From an uncultured Gemmatimonadales bacterium (GTDB lineage: Bacteria > Gemmatimonadota > Gemmatimonadetes > Gemmatimonadales > GWC2-71-9): DNA of 64,000 nucleotides. Location of the stretch: positions 832,001 to 896,000 of the forward strand of contig CAWGED010000005.1 in assembly GCA_963821525.1 (NCBI GenBank), in the 5' to 3' direction. Positions 58,257 through 64,000 of the stretch are shown here, one piece after another. How positions within the stretch are numbered: the first letter of the stretch is position 1; every line of letters begins with the position of its first letter. The notes beneath the pieces were generated by a model. It saw only the letters and a list, made by a program, of their open reading frames with translations. It did no database searches and was not told the origin of the DNA. A program made the position numbers and the translations under genes.

Positions 58257-60123
58257 ATGGATCTATCGCGCTACGCCGCGCTCTTTCAGACGGAGAGCAG
58301 GGAACACCTGGGCAGTTGCGCTCAGGCCCTGCTGGAGTGGGAGCGCGACCTCAAGGCCACCGAGCCGGTCGTCACGGTCTTTCGCGGCATGCACACCTTC
58401 AAGGGCATGGCCGCGGCGATGGGGTTCAACCACCTCACCGAGCTGGCTCACCGCACCGAAACGCTGCTCGATGTGGTCCGGAGCGATCCCGGTTCCGCGT
58501 CGCGCGAGTTGCTGGACCTGCTCTTTCGAATCGTTGATGCGCTGGAAGCCGGGGTTCCAGAGGCGGTGTCCGGCGGCGACGCGAAGCTGGACTTCACGCC
58601 GCTGCTCGAGGAGCTCGACAATGCCTCGGCGCGCTTCGGCGCCGACCGGCAGCTGGGCCATTCCGGTGCGGGAGGATCGCCCGGCCCCGGTTGCGGCTGG
58701 AGGGCGGCTGGTGCGAGTCGTCATCCGCTCCGGTACGGCGATGCGCGGCGCTCGCGCGATGCTGGCGATCCGGAAGGCCGAGGCGCTGGGCAAGGTCAAC
58801 TCCATCCGGCCGCCGGCCAGCACGTTCGAGCAGGAGGAGTTCGACGGCAAGCTCTCCTTCCGTTTCGAGGGCAGGGCCAGCGACGCCTCGCTGATTGCCG
58901 CGGTGCAGTCCGCCGGGGACGTCGCCTCGGTCCAGGTGGGTGAGGAGACCGGCGGTCGACGAGCCGGGCCGCAAGGTCGAGCGCCGCCGCCAGATCCGGA
59001 TCGATCTCCGGCGGCTCGACGCGCTGATGAACCAGGTCGGCGAGCTGGTCGTCGCCAAGGGACGGCTCGAGCGAGCTCGCTGCCGTGAGCGACTCGCCGG
59101 ATCTCAAGGCGGTCGCCGCGCGCATCGGACGGGTGACCTCCGAGATGCACGGCGAGATCGTGCAGGCCCGGATGACTCCGGTGTGGCAGGTGTTCGATCG
59201 CTTCCCCCGGATGGTGCGGGACCTCTCGCGGCAGCTGGGCAAGCGGGTCGCGTTCGAGGTCGAGGGAGAAGAGATCGAGATGGATCGCGCGATCCTGGAC
59301 GAGATCGGGGATCCGCTGATTCACCTGCTGCGGAACGCGGTGGACCACGGCATCGAGTCCACCGCCGAGCGGAAGAAGCGCAACAAGCCGGCTGAAGGCC
59401 GGATCCTGTTAAGCGCGATCCGGGACCGGACCAGCGTCGCCATCCGGGTGAAGGACGACGGGCAGGGCATCGACCGGCAGAAGGTTCTCGCCAAGGCCGT
59501 GAAGGAAGGGCACGTCCCTTCGCGGCACCACGACCTTGACCGACGACCAGCTGCTCCGCGTACTGGGCCGCCCGGGCTTCAGCACCGCGCGCTCGGTTAC
59601 CGACGTGTCGGGCCGCGGGGTCGGCATGGATGCCGTGCTGTCCAAGGTCCGGGCGCTGGGAGGCTCGGTCGAGCTGGAAACGGCCGCGGGCGAGGGCTCG
59701 ACCTTCACGATGCGGCTCCCGCTGACGCTGGCGATCGTGCGGGCCCTGCTCGCTCGCGTAGGCGATGAGCGCTACGCGGTGCCACTCGCCGGGGTGGCCG
59801 AAACGGTGGAGTTCAACCCGGTGCTGGTCGCGTCGCTCGAGGGCAAGGAGGCGTTCGTGTTGCGCCAGGAGCTCCTGCCCACGGTGCGACTGCGGGAGCG
59901 GCTGGGGGTAATCGGCGCCCGGCCGGTCGGGAAGGCGCCGACCATCATTCTGCAGGTCGGAGAGCGCCGTTGCGCGCTGGTAGTTGATGCCCTGGTCGGG
60001 CAGCAGGAGATCGTGGTAGAGCCGTTCGATGCGCCGAAGGGGATGCTGCCGATTTTTACCGGTGCCACAATCCTGGGTGACGGCGTGCCGGCCCTGATTG
60101 TGGATCCGGCCGCCCTGGTCTGA
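58257..60123 (+). CDS. cheA: Chemotaxis histidine kinase CheA (about three frameshifts)
   Basis: Hpt FRGMHTFKGM, LMNQVGELV, HLLRNAVDHG, SGRGVGMD and a C-terminal CheW domain. Confidence 0.92.
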
Positions 60124-60132
60124 GAGGCCCGC

Positions 60133-60754
60133 ATGGACGACGTACGCGAGTTGCATGAGCTGCAGCGCGACGCGCTCAGGGAAGTCGCCAACATCGGCGC
60201 CGGCCATGCCGCGACCGCCCTGTCCCAGCTCACCAATCGTACGATCATGATCAGCGTGCCCGAGGTGAACATCTCCCGGCTCGAAGAGGTGCCGGAGATC
60301 CTGGGGCAAGCCGACGACGTGGTGGCCGCCGTCCTGATGCACATGATGGGCGACCTCACCGGCCGTACGCTGGTCCTCTTCCCCGATCCCTCGGCCAAGG
60401 TGCTCTGCGACATACTGCTCCGCCGGAAGCTCGGCACCACCGAGACCTACGAGCGAGATGGAACAGTCGGGACTCAAGGAGGTAGGAAACATCCTGACCA
60501 GCGCCTACATGAACGCGCTGAGCGACTTCATGGGCATGATGCTGGTCCCGTCGGTTCCCAGCCTCGCCATCGATCTGGCGGGAGCCGTCCTGACCTCCAC
60601 CTACATGAATTTCGGCTACGACCGCGACTTCGTCTTCTGTGTCGAGACCCAGTTCCTGTTCGAGGATCCGGCACTCAAGCTCCGTGGTCACTTCCTGCTG
60701 TTGCCCGATCTCGCGTCGCTTCGGGCAATTTTCGACGCGATCCGCCTGAGCTGA
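60133..60754 (+). CDS. cheC: CheC phosphatase (frameshift near 60450)
   Basis: DALREVANIGAGHAATALS and EVGNIL. Confidence 0.9.
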
Positions 60755-60761
60755 GGCAGCC

Positions 60762-63464
60762 GTGACGGGGCCGGCTCTGTCGGAACGGGACCTCGCCGTC
60801 ATCCGATCCTTCGCACGCCGCATCGATCCGTCCGATGCCGGCGCCCACAACAACCTCGGCGTCCTCTACTACCAGAAGGGCCTGACCGCCGAGGCCATCA
60901 GCTGTTTCCTGCGTGCGCTCGAGCTGGACCCCAGCATGCAGGTCGCCAAGGACAACCTCGAGATCGCCTACCACGCCACCGGCTACTACGACAAGCGGGT
61001 GGCGGAGCTGCGCGACCGGCTGGCCCGCGCATCCCGCAGGACCGGGACGCGCGCTGGGAGCTGGGCCGGACCTACGCCTCGCTGGGCCATTTCGAAGAGG
61101 CGATCGCCGAATTCGAGACCCTGCTCGCCCGGCAGCCGGACGACGTCGCCGGCGTTACTGCAGATCGGCCTGGCCGAGAAGGCACGGGGCGATCTGGACG
61201 CGGCCACCGACTGCCTTCGGCCAGGCGCGTCGCGCACGACCCGAGCGTCCGGTCGTCCTCTTCTACTTCGGCGAGGTCGCTCTACAACCGCGGCCTCAAC
61301 GAGCCGGCGCGCGCGGCGCTGGAGGAGGCCGTCGCCCGGAACCCCGACCACGCCGACGCCTACTACCTCCTGGCCTTCGTCTACGGCGACATGGGCGATC
61401 ACGAGAGGCCCGGGCCGCGACCAAGAAAGCGACCGCAGCTCAATCCCACCTTCGCCCGCGCCCAGAGCAATCTCTCGCTGAATCGCTAGCGCGGGCGGCG
61501 CGACGCTCCCGGGCCGCAGCAGATGCCGCGGCCCAAGGTCGAGTCGAGGGTGGGGCGCTCGCGCACTTCAACCTGGGACTCGCATTCCGGCAGAAGGGCT
61601 ACTACGTCGAGGCGTTGCGCGAGTACAAGCTGGCCCTCGAGGCGGGCGAGGATCCGCCGGCTGGTGCTCCAGGCGATGGCGGAGGTGCACCTGCTGCGGC
61701 GCGACGTCTCCGCGGCGCTGGAGCTGTACGCGGCGCTGGTCGCGCGAGGACCCCGAGTCACCCAAGCTGTGGAATGAGCGCGGGGTCTGTCTGCAGCATG
61801 CCGGAAGGCGCGACCGAGGCCGGTGCCGCGTACAACAGGCCGCAGTCAACATCGATCCCGACTACGCGCTGGCCTGGAACAACCTCGGGGTACTCCGTGG
61901 CCCAGAGACCCGAAGACGAAGAGGCGCTCGAGGCCTTCCACCGGGCGCTGATGATCCGCCCCGACCTCGTCGTGGCCCGGCTCAACCTCGCGCTGGCTAC
62001 TCTTCCATCGCCGCCGGCTCCAGCTGTCGCTGGAGGCGTATCGCCAGGTGCTGGAGACCACGCCGACCAATGCCGTCGCCTGGAACGGGGTCGGGCTGGT
62101 GCTGGTTGAGCTCAAGCGCTTCGAGGATGCGCGGAACGCGTTCGGCCGTGCGGTAGACGCCGATCCGGACAGCGCATCGGCGCACTACAACCTGAGCTTC
62201 GCGCTCAGCAATCTGGGCGACTTCGACGGCGCGCTCCGCGCGACCAAGCGGCGCGCTCGAGCTCGAGCCGTTCTACGTCGCGCAGAAGTATGTCCTGTCG
62301 ATCGATCTCCAGTACGAGAATCCGGACGATCTCCATCGTCCCCGAGATCTCGGCCGACGTGTCATCGGACCTGGCCGAGCCGATTTCGCATTCGACACCC
62401 GGCTGCTGGATCGCATCTTCGACGAGCTGCAGCCCGCCGCGAAGCCCGCGCCGGCCCCCTCAGTGGATGATCCACTCGCCCTGGCCGCCGATTTCGTGGC
62501 GAAGGGACTGCTCGAGCTGGCCACAGCCCACATCGACCGCGCGCTGCAGCAAGGGCGCACCCCGTGCCCGCGCCACCACGCTCATGGGGCAGGTGTTCGC
62601 CCGGCGTGGCCTCCACGGCGAGGCATTGGAGCGGTTCCGGGAGGCGCTGATGCTGGAGCCGGGCGATCCCGACGCCACCCTTGGTGAGGTCCGCGCACTG
62701 CTCGCGCTCGGCCGGTCCGCCGAAGCCGGCGAGCACGTCGAGGACCTGGTCACCATGATGCCGCGCGACGTGGAAGTTCTGGTCGAGCGCGGCCCGGGTG
62801 CGATTGGAAGGTGACCAGCCGGAATCCGCCGGCGAGCTGGTCCGGCGTGCCCAGCAGCTCGCGCCGGGACGGGCCGATCTCTTCCAGTTGCAGGCGAAGG
62901 TCTGCGGCAAGCTGGGCGATATCCCCGGTGCGGTCGAGGCCTGCCAGGTCGCGCTCCAGCTCGACGGCACGCTCGCGCAGGTCTGGCACGACCTGGGCCG
63001 ACTCGAGGAAGCCCGGGAGAACTGCCGTGGCGGCGAAAGGTCGCCTACGAGCGAGGCGCTCGACCTCCTGCCCACTTTCATGGAAGCCGCGCTGGCCCTG
63101 GCCGATCTGGTGCGCCGGAGCGAGTCCCCCGCGGCCGCGGTAGACATCCTGGTCGAGATGCTGATGACGGAGCCGTGGGACCTCGATGCGCTCGCTGCTG
63201 CTGGGCCGCTGCCTGCTGGATGACGGCCGGCCGGAGCGGTCGATCGAGGCGCTCCAGCGTCTGCTCAAGTTCGATCCCGACAACGAATCCGCGCTGTTCC
63301 ACCTGGGCGTGGCCCTGGCCCGCATGCGGCAGTACGCGGACGCGGTTCACGCGTGGGAGCGGGTGATCCAGATCGATCCCGGCGGGCCCTATGCCCAGGC
63401 GGCGCGCAGCCACGCGCGGTCGGCGCGAGACCTCAAGCATATCTTCGCGGCGGGAGCGGCCTGA
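60762..63464 (+). CDS. Large tetratricopeptide repeat protein (many frameshifts)
   Basis: Repeated AHNNLGVLY, AHFNLGLAF, AWNGVGLVL and ALFHLGVAL TPR motifs across frames. Confidence 0.8.
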
Positions 63465-63467
63465 GTC

Positions 63468-64000
63468 ATGGCGATCGAAGGGCCGCTCAAGGAACTGAGC
63501 ATCCACGATGTCTGCCAGCTCCTTGACCTGAGCCGGAAGACCGGCATTCTCCGCGTCACCTCCGAGCTCCGGCAGAACGCGGGCACCGTCTTCTTCGAAG
63601 AGGGTGTCGTGGTCGGCGCCGAAATCCGCAGCAACCCTCATCCGCTGGGCCGCCTCCTCTACGCCGCGGGCAAGATCACCGAGGAAGAGCTCGCGCGCGC
63701 GAGGGGAGCACAGGCGGCGGGTGACGGCCGCAGGCTCGGCGAGATCCTGGTGAGCCAGAGCGCCATCTCGCCGCGCGAGCTCGCGCGTCACGTGAGGCAG
63801 CAGATCGAAGAAGTCGTGTTCGAGCTGATGGGCTGGTCGGAGGGATACTTCTCGTTCGAGGAGGGCAGAGGAGGGGAATGGCCCACCGAGGCCACGATCC
63901 GGATTCCCACCTCGCTCCTTCTGATGGAGGCGGCCCGCCGGATCGATGAGTGGTCCCGGATCGAAAAGAAGATCTCCCACCTCGGCATCGTGCCTCGCTT
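63468..64000 (+). CDS. DUF4388 domain protein (partial)
   Basis: MAIEGPLKELSIHDVCQLLDLSRKTGILRV...W.EG.FSF...LLMEAARRIDEW. Confidence 0.8.
   Translation, partial: MAIEGPLKELSIHDVCQLLDLSRKTGILRVTSELRQNAGTVFFEEGVVVGAEIRSNPHPLGRLLYAAGKITEEELARARGAQAAGDGRRLGEILVSQSAISPRELARHVRQQIEEVVFELMGWSEGYFSFEEGRGGEWPTEATIRIPTSLLLMEAARRIDEWSRIEKKISHLGIVPR

Overview
GC-rich bacterial chromosomal window. Gene content and order suggest Gemmatimonadota (inference). Many single-base frameshifts, including in essential genes (valS, ileS, ftsH), point to long-read consensus errors. Most of the window is housekeeping: purH/purN, selA, valS, thrS, a thiolase-bioY-hbd-leucine dehydrogenase-rpiB-glyA run, nnr, thiL, plsC, eno, ftsB, tRNA-Met, tilS-hpt-ftsH-folP-cdaA, yggS-divIVA-punA-ileS-dksA-lspA-rluD and a cheW-cheY-cheA-cheC-TPR-DUF4388 cluster. 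An accessory block of about 11 kb follows tRNA-Met (about 27.7-38.9 kb). It encodes a Cyc2-type cytochrome-porin fusion, a divergent monoheme cytochrome c, a His-containing membrane protein, a pseudo-receiver and a lipoprotein Cu nitrite reductase (NirK), which together form a candidate Fe(II)-oxidation/nitrite-reduction module. A second striking pattern is a dozen or more short 7-bp or 9-bp tandem arrays at gene junctions, mostly arranged as inverted pairs. They often start at a stop codon, and some are translated as signal peptides or supply an RBS and start codon. Also present: a REP-flanked GIY-YIG gene and an 84-bp in-frame insertion in valS.
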